A stretch of DNA of 64,000 nt from contig CAVQRP010000022.1 of the NCBI GenBank assembly GCA_963715295.1, positions 24 through 64,023 on the forward strand, given 5' to 3'. The notes beneath the pieces are model-generated. The model ran no database searches. It saw only the letters and a list, made by a program, of their open reading frames with translations, and was not told the origin of the DNA. The position numbers and the translations under genes were made by a program. This stretch comes from an uncultured Chloroflexia bacterium (GTDB lineage: Bacteria; Chloroflexota; Limnocylindria; Limnocylindrales; CSP1-4). Position 1 is the first letter of the stretch; each line of letters opens with the position of its first letter. This document shows positions 36,075-44,756 of the stretch, piece after piece.

Positions 36075-37253
36075 ATGACCTGGGAGCAGGCTGAAGAACG
36101 ATCCACACCGGTGCTGCGCTGTCCGCTGTGCCAGGGCACCGGGTTCGACACGCAACAGGGTCGTCTCGATTCGCGCTGGGGCATCACGAGCCACAAGGTC
36201 GTGATGAAGATCTGCCAGCGCTGTGGGCTCGTGCTCCAGTTCTCTGCCGGGCGGGGCATCTTCGACTTCGCACTAGCGCGCCCAACGGTTGCATCGCCCA
36301 GCGCGACCATCGGCCGCCCGAAGCCATCGCCTCGACAGGCTGGAGCCCCCCGCATCACCGAGATGTTCAGCGCCACCAGGACCGTGGTTGTCAGCGTCAT
36401 CGTGGCGTTGCTCAGTAGCGTCCCATTCACCAGCGCACAGGTCTCTCCGTCGCCCGGAATGCCGGGTGTCCCCGTGTCGCCTTCGCCCAGTGCGGCCCAG
36501 ATCCACTGGGTGACCCCGGTCGTGGACCTTGCCGCCGACGCTTTCTCGGTGGAGGCGAACGGTCTGGAGTTCACGACCGAGGGGGCTCCGCTCGGAGTCG
36601 GCTCCGACCCCGGCGGCCCCGACTACTGGACGCTGGAGGCGGAATGGCTTGAGCAGGGATCGGAACAGCGCCTCTACATGTATTTCGGCTCGGACGGCAC
36701 CGACTGGTGGGTCGACGAGATCCGCACCCGAGACGGCTACGATCCGGCTGAGTGGATCTACGCCTACGGGCCATTCTTGCGAACGCCGTTGGGCGAAGCC
36801 TACGAGGGTGACGTCCGCATCGACCTGCTCGGTGAGGGTCGGCCTGGCGACCGGAGCAACAAGGTAGCCGGCGTTCTTGCGATCGACGGGATGCACCTCG
36901 AGGTGCATCCGTTGATGCTTGCGGACATCGCTGCCATCCCGATCGACGGTGGCAAGGCGGCGACGAAGGACCCGTTCCGCAAGGGTGGACCGCTCCATTG
37001 CAGCGGCATCCTGCTGCTCCCTCCGGCCGAAGCGCACGAGCGCCTCCTCGAGAAGGGCTATCGCGTGTCCTACCGGCTCGATCCCGGAGCGGGAGTGGAC
37101 ATCGACCCGACCGTGCCTCCGGCAGGCGTCATCGAGGACGCTGCTGTCGACAGCTACGGCAACCTCGTCCTGTTCGTCGTCGGGCCCGAGTCGTCCTACC
37201 AGCCAACGGCGAAGCTACCGAGGGACTGCAGGCAAGACAGCGACGAGGGATAG
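36075..37253 (+). CDS. zinc-ribbon, TM segment and extracytoplasmic-domain protein (392 aa)
   Basis: Intact ORF: N-terminal LRCPLCQGTGF...CQRCG, TM segment TRTVVVSVIVALLSSVPFTSA, and a Pro/Ser linker. The alternative reading is two genes, with the second starting at ATG 36363. Confidence 0.65.
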   Translation: MTWEQAEERSTPVLRCPLCQGTGFDTQQGRLDSRWGITSHKVVMKICQRCGLVLQFSAGRGIFDFALARPTVASPSATIGRPKPSPRQAGAPRITEMFSATRTVVVSVIVALLSSVPFTSAQVSPSPGMPGVPVSPSPSAAQIHWVTPVVDLAADAFSVEANGLEFTTEGAPLGVGSDPGGPDYWTLEAEWLEQGSEQRLYMYFGSDGTDWWVDEIRTRDGYDPAEWIYAYGPFLRTPLGEAYEGDVRIDLLGEGRPGDRSNKVAGVLAIDGMHLEVHPLMLADIAAIPIDGGKAATKDPFRKGGPLHCSGILLLPPAEAHERLLEKGYRVSYRLDPGAGVDIDPTVPPAGVIEDAAVDSYGNLVLFVVGPESSYQPTAKLPRDCRQDSDEG

Positions 37254-37399
37254 CCGCCGCCAAGCGGCATCACCGACCCCACTGTGGTGGTGCCGGTGAT
37301 CCTTGAGACGCTTCGCACCGCCCAGCCTGCGGTGGGACGAAACCACCGACGAGCTGCTGCTGGTCTTGTTGGGGTTCGTAGGCCCGCGCGGCTCACAGC

Positions 37400-37414
37400 T
37401 AGCCACCCCACCTC
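37400..37414 (+). repeat. 15-bp direct repeat, right copy (TAGCCACCCCACCTC)
   Basis: Exact copy of the tRNA-His 3' end at 33315-33329, 4085 bp downstream. The flanks diverge immediately on both sides. Confidence 0.85.
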
Positions 37415-37425
37415 TCTTTCACGAG

Positions 37426-37644
37426 CTATGCGCTGACGTTGCCGCGCGGCTTGTCCAGGCTGCCCGATGCTGCCGGCTCCAGCACCCCGGGCTCCAGCCA
37501 CAGGCCGCGCCGGTCAACCTCGACCCGCAACGCCAGGCGCAACATGCGCCAGTAGGGTGGCTGCGCTTCATGGCGGTCGTGGGCGAAACGGGTCAGCTCT
37601 TCGTCACTGAACGAGCGCAGGAACCGCTCGAAGCTCTTGGTCAT
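37426..37644 (-). CDS. hypothetical 72-aa protein
   Basis: C-terminal piece of ORF 37426..38706 from the ATG at 37644 with a GGGAGA RBS: MTKSFERFLRSFSDEELTRFAHDRHEAQPPYWRMLRLALRVEVD. Confidence 0.4.
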   Translation of the reverse strand: MTKSFERFLRSFSDEELTRFAHDRHEAQPPYWRMLRLALRVEVDRRGLWLEPGVLEPAASGSLDKPRGNVSA

Positions 37645-37830
37645 CGTGTCTCCCTGGCCGCGTGCGTTCGGATGTCGCGGGCTTCGATGGTGCTCTCGGC
37701 ATCCACGCATGGCTACTGCCCTTCGCGGCAATCCATACCCGGCTTGATTGCTGCAGCCGCGCAGCGCAGCACGGCGTACCATCGAACGACGCAGCCATGC
37801 CGCCCCGCAGGGGCACTGGAGGGAGACCCG

Positions 37831-38937
37831 ATGATCGACCGTACCTCGCATACCGACGCCGAGCGCGAAGCGCGGGACAAGCCCGCTGTCGAAGGCCACG
37901 ACGCCCAGCCCCACTACCTGGCGGCGCCAGACCGCTACCAACGCATGGCATTTCGCTACACCGGCAACAGCGGCCTGCAGCTGCCGTCGATCTCGCTCGG
38001 CCTGTGGCACAACTTCGGCGATGACGTCCCATTCGCTCGCCAACGCGCCATCATCCGCAAGGCCTTCGACCTGGGCATCACCCAATTCGACCTGGCCAAC
38101 AACTACGGCCCCCCGTTCGGCTCCGCCGAGGAGAACTTCGGGCGCATCTTCGCCAAGGATCTGAGGCCGTACCGCGACGAGCTGGTCATCACCACCAAGG
38201 CCGGCTGGCACATGTGGCCGGGGCCGTACGGCTGGACCGGCTCGCGCAAGCACGTGCTGGCGTCGCTCGACCAGAGCCTCCAACGCATGGGGCTCGACCA
38301 CGTCGACATCTTCTACTCGCACCGCATCGATCTCGATACACCGCTCGAAGAGACGATGGCTGCCCTGGCCACGGCCGTCCACCAGGGCAAGGCCCGCTAC
38401 GTCGGCATCAGCTCCTACTCGCCGGCGCGCACACGCAAGGCTGCTGCCATCCTGCGCGACCTCGGGACGCCGCTGCTCATCCACCAGCCCAACTACTCCA
38501 TGTTCAACCGCTGGATCGAAGCCGAGCTGCTGGACGTGCTGGCTGCCGAAGGCGCCGGCTGCATCCCCTTCTCCCCCCTTGCGCAGGGCCTGCTCACGAG
38601 CAAGTATCTTGACGGCGTACCGGCGGGCAGCCGGGCCTCGCAAGGCAAATCGCTCTCGGACGACATGCTCAACGAGGCGACCCTCGAGCGCATCGGCGCC
38701 CTGCATGACATCGCCCAGCGCCGCGGCCAGTCGCTGGCGCAGATGGCCATCCTTTGGACCCTGCGCGACGCTCGAGTGTCCTCCGCCCTCATCGGAGCCA
38801 GCTCGCCGGAGCAGCTGGAGGACAGCGTCGGGGCTCTCGCCGGCGCGCCGTTCAGCCAGGAAGAGCTGGCTGAGATCGACCGCTACGCGCAGCCCGGCGA
38901 GGGCGTCGACCTCTGGAACGTCTCCGCGGGGCTGTAG
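37831..38937 (+). CDS. aldo/keto reductase (YghZ/Gpr-like, Kv-beta type)
   Basis: GGAGGGA RBS precedes the ATG at 37831 in ORF 37303..38937. LGLWHNFG, FDLANNYGPPFGSAEENFG, ITTKAG, IFYSHR and RYVGISSY are present. Confidence 0.9.
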   Translation: MIDRTSHTDAEREARDKPAVEGHDAQPHYLAAPDRYQRMAFRYTGNSGLQLPSISLGLWHNFGDDVPFARQRAIIRKAFDLGITQFDLANNYGPPFGSAEENFGRIFAKDLRPYRDELVITTKAGWHMWPGPYGWTGSRKHVLASLDQSLQRMGLDHVDIFYSHRIDLDTPLEETMAALATAVHQGKARYVGISSYSPARTRKAAAILRDLGTPLLIHQPNYSMFNRWIEAELLDVLAAEGAGCIPFSPLAQGLLTSKYLDGVPAGSRASQGKSLSDDMLNEATLERIGALHDIAQRRGQSLAQMAILWTLRDARVSSALIGASSPEQLEDSVGALAGAPFSQEELAEIDRYAQPGEGVDLWNVSAGL

Positions 38938-39762
38938 CTACGGCGCCAGGGTGCCGAAGAACACCTGCCAGGCGAGGATCGTCTTGGCGAACAGGCTCAT
39001 GAACATGTAGGTCTTCTCGCCGACCAGGTAGTCGCGCCAGCGTCCGACCTTGCCGTACTGCAGGATCATGGTGATGGCGAAGACGTTGAAGGCCACGAAG
39101 AGCGAGACGAAGATGACGATGACGAAGCCGGGGATAGGCGCGGCACCCGGCTCGACGGCGGCTGACCACAGCGCGATGCCGATGACGATCCAGGGCACGA
39201 TGCCGGCGATGACACCGAAGATGTAGTGGTTCCATTGCGTCTTCTCGCGCCCCTGGTTGGCTGACTCCATCGACCAACCGAAGAGGTTCATGGCGGCGTT
39301 GATGCCGAAGATGGCCACCAGCGTCCCGATCTCCTGGATCCCGGACAGTGCGGCGATGACCACGATCATGACGCTGGAGCTCAGCGCGTACTCGATCCAG
39401 CGCATGGGCTGGATGTGGTCGCCCAGACGCCGCTCGTACCAGCCCCGCAGTGGCCAGGCCAGCAACGCGTGCGCGATCGCGCTCATGAAGAAGAACAGCG
39501 CCACGGCCGGGCCGATGGGCAGCTCGAAGAGCGGGCTCTGCGCTGGCACCAGCGTGTCGGCAGCCGTGTCGAAGGTGAGGTAGCTGGTAACGACGGGACT
39601 GGTGACGAGGGGATCACGGGCGAACGAGAGGGCCAGGATGACCAGGCCCTGGACGGCATGGAGGCCCGCCAGCACGGCATTCCAGCGGAACAGGCTGTGC
39701 GCCCGATCCTCGGCGATAGGCTCCGCCGTCGCCGGGGCGACAGCTGGCGTGGCTGCGGTCAT
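38938..39762 (-). CDS. heliorhodopsin (7-TM retinal-binding protein, HeR family)
   Basis: Intact 274-aa ORF. FRWNAVLAGLHAVQGLVILAL, MSAIAHALL, MRWIEYALSSSVMIV (counterion Glu position), GIVPWIVIG and YLVGEKTYMFMSLFAKTILAWQVFFGTL (Lys at the Schiff-base position) parallel the prototype heliorhodopsin 48C12 as I remember it. Confidence 0.9.
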   Translation of the reverse strand: MTAATPAVAPATAEPIAEDRAHSLFRWNAVLAGLHAVQGLVILALSFARDPLVTSPVVTSYLTFDTAADTLVPAQSPLFELPIGPAVALFFFMSAIAHALLAWPLRGWYERRLGDHIQPMRWIEYALSSSVMIVVIAALSGIQEIGTLVAIFGINAAMNLFGWSMESANQGREKTQWNHYIFGVIAGIVPWIVIGIALWSAAVEPGAAPIPGFVIVIFVSLFVAFNVFAITMILQYGKVGRWRDYLVGEKTYMFMSLFAKTILAWQVFFGTLAP

Positions 39763-39816
39763 CTGGCCATCCCTTCGTGTTCTCGAGGCTGGTGGGCACT
39801 CCTGCCACCATAGTGC

Positions 39817-39845
39817 ACCCTACGCGGGTGTCTAACCTTTGTCAA
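39817..39845 (-). promoter_or_regulatory. sigma-70-type promoter candidate for the heliorhodopsin gene (TTGACA-17-TAGGGT) with adjacent palindrome TGGTTACAAACCA
   Basis: The minus strand reads TGGTTACAAACCA TTGACA aaggttagacacccgcg TAGGGT in an AT-richer patch, about 50 nt upstream of the ATG at 39762. Confidence 0.45.
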
Positions 39846-39874
39846 TGGTTTGTAACCAGCGTGCGTTCGGACCG

Positions 39875-40906
39875 TCAGTTGGTGAGCGTGACCTTGCGGA
39901 TGGAGCGAGGCTGCTCCGGATCCCGGCCCCGTGCCAACGTGGTGTGCATGGCGTGCAGTTGCCCCGGCACGATCGAGACGATCGGCATGAGCCACTCGGG
40001 CAGGCGGGGCAGCGCGAATGACCATGTCCCCCGCGCGCAGACCGCCTTATCGTCAGAAGCGATGAGCAGGCGTGCCTCCAGCTCGCCTCCGAGGCGCTCG
40101 ATGACCTCGGCCATGTCACCCTCCGTGGCACCGCTCGGCGCGACGCAGAAGGTGGGGAAACCTGCTTCGATCAGGGCCAGCGGGCCATGGATGAAGTCCG
40201 CGGAGGAGTAGGGGTCGGCCAGGACGTAGGCCAACTCCTTGAGCTTGAGCGACCACTCGCGGGCCGTGGCGTAGTGGTAGCCCCGACCGAGCACGACGCA
40301 ACGATCGAGTCCCACCTGGTCGGCTGCGATGCGCCTCGCCTCCCCTTCCTGGTCCAGGACCACAGCCAGGGCCTGCGGCACCTTCGCCAGATCGGCCTGC
40401 GCGGCCGTGTCCGCCAATCCGGCACTGAGCATGGCCAGCACCAGCAACGTGGCGGTATAGGTCTTGGTGGCCGCCACGGCGCGTTCAGGACCGGCCCGCA
40501 GGGAGATGTGGTGCTGTGCGGCCTCGGCCATGTCCGAGCCAAGCGTATTGGTGATGGCCAGCGTGATCGCGCCCTGGGCTCGTGCCGAGCGGATGACGCC
40601 CACCACATCGGGCGACGCACCGGACTGGCTGATGCCGACCACCAGGGCGCGGCTGTAGTCAGGTTCAGCGCCATACAGGGAGTGCACACTCGGCGTGGCC
40701 AGCCCGACGTAGATACCGGCCAGCACACCCATGGCGTACTGCGCGTAGATGGCGGCATGGTCGGAGGTTCCCCGCGCCGCGATGACCACGTGGCTGGGGT
40801 CGGCGCCGCGAATGGACTCACAGACGGCCGCGATCTCGGGCCCGGCCTCGCGCAACAGACGCGCGGCGACCTCGGGCTGCTCTCGGATCTCGTCGATCAG
40901 GGCCAC
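39875..40906 (-). CDS. double-SIS-domain sugar isomerase/deaminase (GlmS C-terminal / AgaS / NagB-II-like)
   Basis: From the GTG at 40906 (VALIDEIREQPEV) in ORF 39875..41041. VIAARGTSDHAA, GISQSGASPD and AVAATKTYT are present. Confidence 0.85.
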   Translation of the reverse strand: MALIDEIREQPEVAARLLREAGPEIAAVCESIRGADPSHVVIAARGTSDHAAIYAQYAMGVLAGIYVGLATPSVHSLYGAEPDYSRALVVGISQSGASPDVVGVIRSARAQGAITLAITNTLGSDMAEAAQHHISLRAGPERAVAATKTYTATLLVLAMLSAGLADTAAQADLAKVPQALAVVLDQEGEARRIAADQVGLDRCVVLGRGYHYATAREWSLKLKELAYVLADPYSSADFIHGPLALIEAGFPTFCVAPSGATEGDMAEVIERLGGELEARLLIASDDKAVCARGTWSFALPRLPEWLMPIVSIVPGQLHAMHTTLARGRDPEQPRSIRKVTLTN

Positions 40907-42535
40907 TGGACCACCTCCATGCCGTGCCCACGGGGATAGAGCCCGGGGATGTCCACGGGCAGCCGGCCACCGATGGGCGCGTGGCCGAAGAGCGCATCGG
41001 CGACGGCGCCGACGCTGGACGGTACGACCGAGTAGGAGCATAGATGCGTCGCCGATCGCGGGTAGTCTGCGAGGTCATAGGGTGTGCGCATCGAGACCGA
41101 CACGGTCGGCGTGCCGGTCCCCAGGATCGACTCCACCAGTCGCGCCTGCGAGGCCTGCACGCTCGTGGCGAGCGTGACCACGATGACGTAGCCAGCACGC
41201 GACGCGGCCTCCCGAGCACCCGCGATCTCGTCGTCGCTGGGCTCGGCTGAGACGCGCACGTCGACGACCTCGCGATGGTGGCGACGCACGGCAGCGGCCA
41301 GCGCCAGCGGCTCATCCGCAGACGAGTCGGCCGGTGTCAGGTCGCGTGGCTGCGGCGTGATGACGACGACCGGGTCGGCGGCGGCAGGCCGAAGCGGCAA
41401 CAGACCGCGCGTCATCTCGCACCAGCGTGAGCGCTTGCCGCGCGGCTCGTCGGGCAAGGTCCCGGTGCGCCTCGCTGCGCACGACCTCGCGCGGCGGCCA
41501 GCCGAAGCCACCCAACCAGCGCCGCAGGTCGAGGATGCGCCCGACCGACGATCGCACCGACTCGGCTGCCACCAGCCCTCGCAGGGCCGCCTGCCGCAGT
41601 CCATCCTCGAGGCGCTGCTGGGCGGCCCGGTCGGGTGTCATCAGGAGCAGGTCGACGTCCGCCCGCAGCGCCATGATGCTGTCGATGACACCTCCGGTGC
41701 CCTGGGCCACGGCCTTCATGTCCATGGCATCGGTGAGCGAGACACCGCTGAAGCCAAGGCGTTCGCGCAACAGGCCGTGCATCACCATCCGCGACACGGT
41801 CGCCGGCAGGGCCCGGTCGCCGGTGAGCGCCGGCAGGGCCACGTGGCCGGACATCACCATCGATGCGCCCGCCTCGAAGGCTGCCCGGAACGGCACCAGC
41901 TCACGTGCCTCGAGGGCCTCCACGTCGAGGTCGATGGCCGCCAGCGCGAAATGGGGGTCGACGTCGACCGCGCCGAAGCCGGGGAAGTGCTTGGGCGTGG
42001 CGACCACGCCGCCACCTTGCAGCCCACGCACCATCGCCGCGGCGTGGCGGGCGACCGTGCGCGGATCGGCCCCGAAGGCGCGCGTCCCGAGACTGATGTT
42101 GCCCGGCTCCACGGCAACGTCACAGACGGGTGCGTAGTTCACCGTGATGCCGAGTGCTCGCAGCTCGGCCGCGGTGGCACGCCCCACGGCCTCGGTGAGC
42201 GCGACATCATCGGCCGCGCCGAGCGCCATGGCCCCTGGGAAACGGGTCGTCTCATGGCCCAGGCCGACCAGCTGACCACCTTCCTGGTCGGCACCGATGA
42301 GCAACGGAAGCTCGCCCGGCGCCGTTTCGTGCAGCTGCTCTGTCAGTGCGGCGAGGGCCGTTGCTCCCGCCGCGTTGGCATGCAGGAAGAGCGTGACGCC
42401 GTGTGCGTGGCCGGCCGCGATGCGGGCGAGCAGCCATGCGGGCGGCTGGGAGCCTTCGAAGGCCGGCAGCAGCTGGCCCAGCACGGCGTCGGCAGGCAAG
42501 CGCTCCACGCTCGCGGGCGAGGCGCGCTCAGGCAC
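40897..42535 (-). CDS. glycoside hydrolase family 3 (beta-N-acetylhexosaminidase/NagZ-like with C-terminal domain); one frame switch near 41400
   Basis: ORF 41312..42535 carries GADQEGGQLV, KHFPGFG and SLTDAMDM. The C-domain is in ORF 40897..41604. Confidence 0.85.
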
Positions 42536-42571
42536 CTTCGGATGCAGCCGCTGGGTCCATCCCCGTGCCGA

Positions 42572-43465
42572 CTAGCCCTTGACCGAGCCGGCGAGGATGC
42601 CGCGGATGAAGTACCGCTGCAGTGCCAGGAACACCAGTAGCGGCAAGACCATCGTGACGAAGGCACCGGCCGTAAGCAGGTGCCAGGCCTGCCCGCGGTT
42701 TCCGATGAGCTGATTGAGCTTCACCGTGGCCACCGCCACGTCGTCCTGTGGCCCCAGGAACACCAGCGCCACCAGCAGGTCGTTCCACACCCACAGGAAC
42801 TGGAAGATGGCAAACGCCGCCAGGGCCGGCACCGAGAGGGGCAGGACGATGCGAACGAACATCTGGAAGTGCGTGGCTCCGTCGATGCTGGCGGTCTCGA
42901 AGAGGTCTTCCGGCAGCTGGCTGATGAAGTTGTAGAGCAGGAAGACGGCGAGCGGCAGGCCGAACCCTGTGTGCGCCAGCCAGATGCCCAGGAATGTCCC
43001 AGCAATGCCCAATTCGGAGTAGATCTGGAGGACCGGGATCAAGGCCATCTGAAGGGGCACGACGAGCAGGCCCACGACGATGATGAACAGTGGGATGCGG
43101 AATGGGAAACGCATCCACGCGAAGGCATAGGCGGCGAACGCGGCTACCGTGATCGGGATGATCGTGGCCGGGATGGCCACGATCAACGAGTTGACGAATG
43201 CGCCTGCGAAATTCTCCGAGGTGATGACGTTGGCGTAGTTGTCAAGCGTCCACTGGGACATGTCCCAGAACGAGAACAGTGCGGTCCACCAGCCCGAGCT
43301 ACTGATCTCCTGTGGATCGCGGACCGAGGTGATAAGCAGGCCGAGCGTTGGGATGAACCAGACAACACAGATGGCGATGACGGCGAACCGGATGGGCGCA
43401 CGCGCCCAGAAGGTGCTTCGACGCTTGGCGTGCGAGATGTCGCCGACGCCCGGCTGGGCGGTCAT
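42572..43465 (-). CDS. carbohydrate ABC transporter permease
   Basis: Intact 297-aa ORF, polytopic, with an EAA-like loop (ETASIDGATHFQMFVRIVLPL). Confidence 0.9.
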   Translation of the reverse strand: MTAQPGVGDISHAKRRSTFWARAPIRFAVIAICVVWFIPTLGLLITSVRDPQEISSSGWWTALFSFWDMSQWTLDNYANVITSENFAGAFVNSLIVAIPATIIPITVAAFAAYAFAWMRFPFRIPLFIIVVGLLVVPLQMALIPVLQIYSELGIAGTFLGIWLAHTGFGLPLAVFLLYNFISQLPEDLFETASIDGATHFQMFVRIVLPLSVPALAAFAIFQFLWVWNDLLVALVFLGPQDDVAVATVKLNQLIGNRGQAWHLLTAGAFVTMVLPLLVFLALQRYFIRGILAGSVKG

Positions 43466-44661
43466 CGGATCCCCTGCCTTCGCATCTGGCGCACGTTCAG
43501 CACCATCAGCGGCAGAACCGCGACGAACAAGACGACCGCGAGGACGGCGCCGCGTCCGTCGTCGAAGAACATGAACATCTGACGGAACATCTGGTTGGCC
43601 ACGACATCGGTCTGGAAGTTGCCGCCGGTCGTGGCGAAGACGATGTCGAAGATCTTCAGCACGAAGATGGCGATGGTGATGGTCACCGTCATCAGCGAAC
43701 CGCGGATCATGGGCACGATGATCTGGAAGAACTTCTGGCGTTCACTCGCTCCGTCTAGCGAGGCAGCCTCGGTGATCTCGACGGGCACGCCCTTGATGGC
43801 CGCCGACAGGACGACCATGGCAAACCCTGTCTGTAGCCAGACCAGGATGATGATCAGCAGGAAGGTGTTCAAAGGCGCCTGCTGCAGCCAGGCCACCGGC
43901 TCCCCGCCCAAGGTGGTCCAGATCGCGTTGAGAAGCCCGATCTGATCGCCGCTGCCAGGGCGCCACGCGTACACGAAACCCCAGATCACGGACGCGCCAA
44001 CCAGTGATATGGCGAGCGGCAGGAAGATGAAGGTCTTGGCAATGGACTCGTGCCTGACCCGGTCCACCAGCCACGCTATGACCAGGCCCAGACCAACCGC
44101 GCCGGCAGTCCCGACCACAAGCCAGATGATGTTGTTGATGTAGATGCGATGGTTCTTGGCATCGGTCAAACCCCAGACCCAGTCGTCGAAGCCTGCCCCC
44201 TGGCTGACCTCGATCGAGGGCGGCACAAGCCTGATGTCGATGCCGACGCTAAGGAACATCGTGGAGACTGCCGGCCATACGAGGAAGACCGCGAGGATGA
44301 GCAGCGCAGGCCCTACGAAGACCCACGGGACCAGCCGAGCGGTCCAGGGCGGTCCCAGCCGCTCGACGATGACGTTGAGTCCCGTGTAGATGAGCCAGAT
44401 GCCGCCCACGCCGATGAGGAGCGCGACGGCCATGACGATGATCTTGGCCATGAATTGATCGCCGCCACCGCGACGCAGAGCCTCAGCCTGCTGCGTATCG
44501 CCGAGCAGGTCGTAGATCCAGGCAGAGACGTTGGCTGCGCCCTGCTGGTCCGCAAGGAAGATCAGGCCGGCTACGATCGCGATCAGACCGAGCAGCGCAC
44601 CCAGCGGCAAGAGCAGTCCGCGCCAGCCGCTCGCTTGCTCGGCGGGCGCCATCCCAGTCAT
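43462..44661 (-). CDS. sugar ABC transporter permease with extended N-terminal TM region
   Basis: Intact 399-aa ORF with EAA-like loop EAASLDGASERQKFFQIIVPM and a 4-nt overlap with the next permease. Confidence 0.9.
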   Translation of the reverse strand: MTGMAPAEQASGWRGLLLPLGALLGLIAIVAGLIFLADQQGAANVSAWIYDLLGDTQQAEALRRGGGDQFMAKIIVMAVALLIGVGGIWLIYTGLNVIVERLGPPWTARLVPWVFVGPALLILAVFLVWPAVSTMFLSVGIDIRLVPPSIEVSQGAGFDDWVWGLTDAKNHRIYINNIIWLVVGTAGAVGLGLVIAWLVDRVRHESIAKTFIFLPLAISLVGASVIWGFVYAWRPGSGDQIGLLNAIWTTLGGEPVAWLQQAPLNTFLLIIILVWLQTGFAMVVLSAAIKGVPVEITEAASLDGASERQKFFQIIVPMIRGSLMTVTITIAIFVLKIFDIVFATTGGNFQTDVVANQMFRQMFMFFDDGRGAVLAVVLFVAVLPLMVLNVRQMRRQGIR

Positions 44662-44756
44662 GGTCCGATCTCCCTCATCTGGCGTGTCCCTCCCAGAGAG
44701 TGGCCCAGTGCGGGGCGCGGCTCAGGCCGCCGCCCCGCACCGAGGAACTGCTAGAG

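Larger units (their letters stand above)
33315..37414 (+). mobile_element. putative tRNA-His-associated genomic islet or remnant (no integrase seen)
   Basis: Bounded by exact 15-bp direct repeats, one of which is the tRNA 3' end. The cargo shares a hairpin repeat and a protein family with the 1-9.5 kb accessory zone. No recombinase gene is recognisable. Confidence 0.3.

Noticed and set aside
33330-37399. Integrase or excisionase inside the tRNA-His islet, and transposases anywhere in the window
   Set aside because: No ORF in any frame shows tyrosine- or serine-recombinase or DDE motifs. The islet is therefore called only a putative remnant.
37831-38937. Aldo-keto reductase as a retinal-related partner of the heliorhodopsin
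   Set aside because: The sequence matches the YghZ/Gpr-like Kv-beta subgroup rather than known retinal reductases. The stop-to-stop adjacency alone is not evidence of function.
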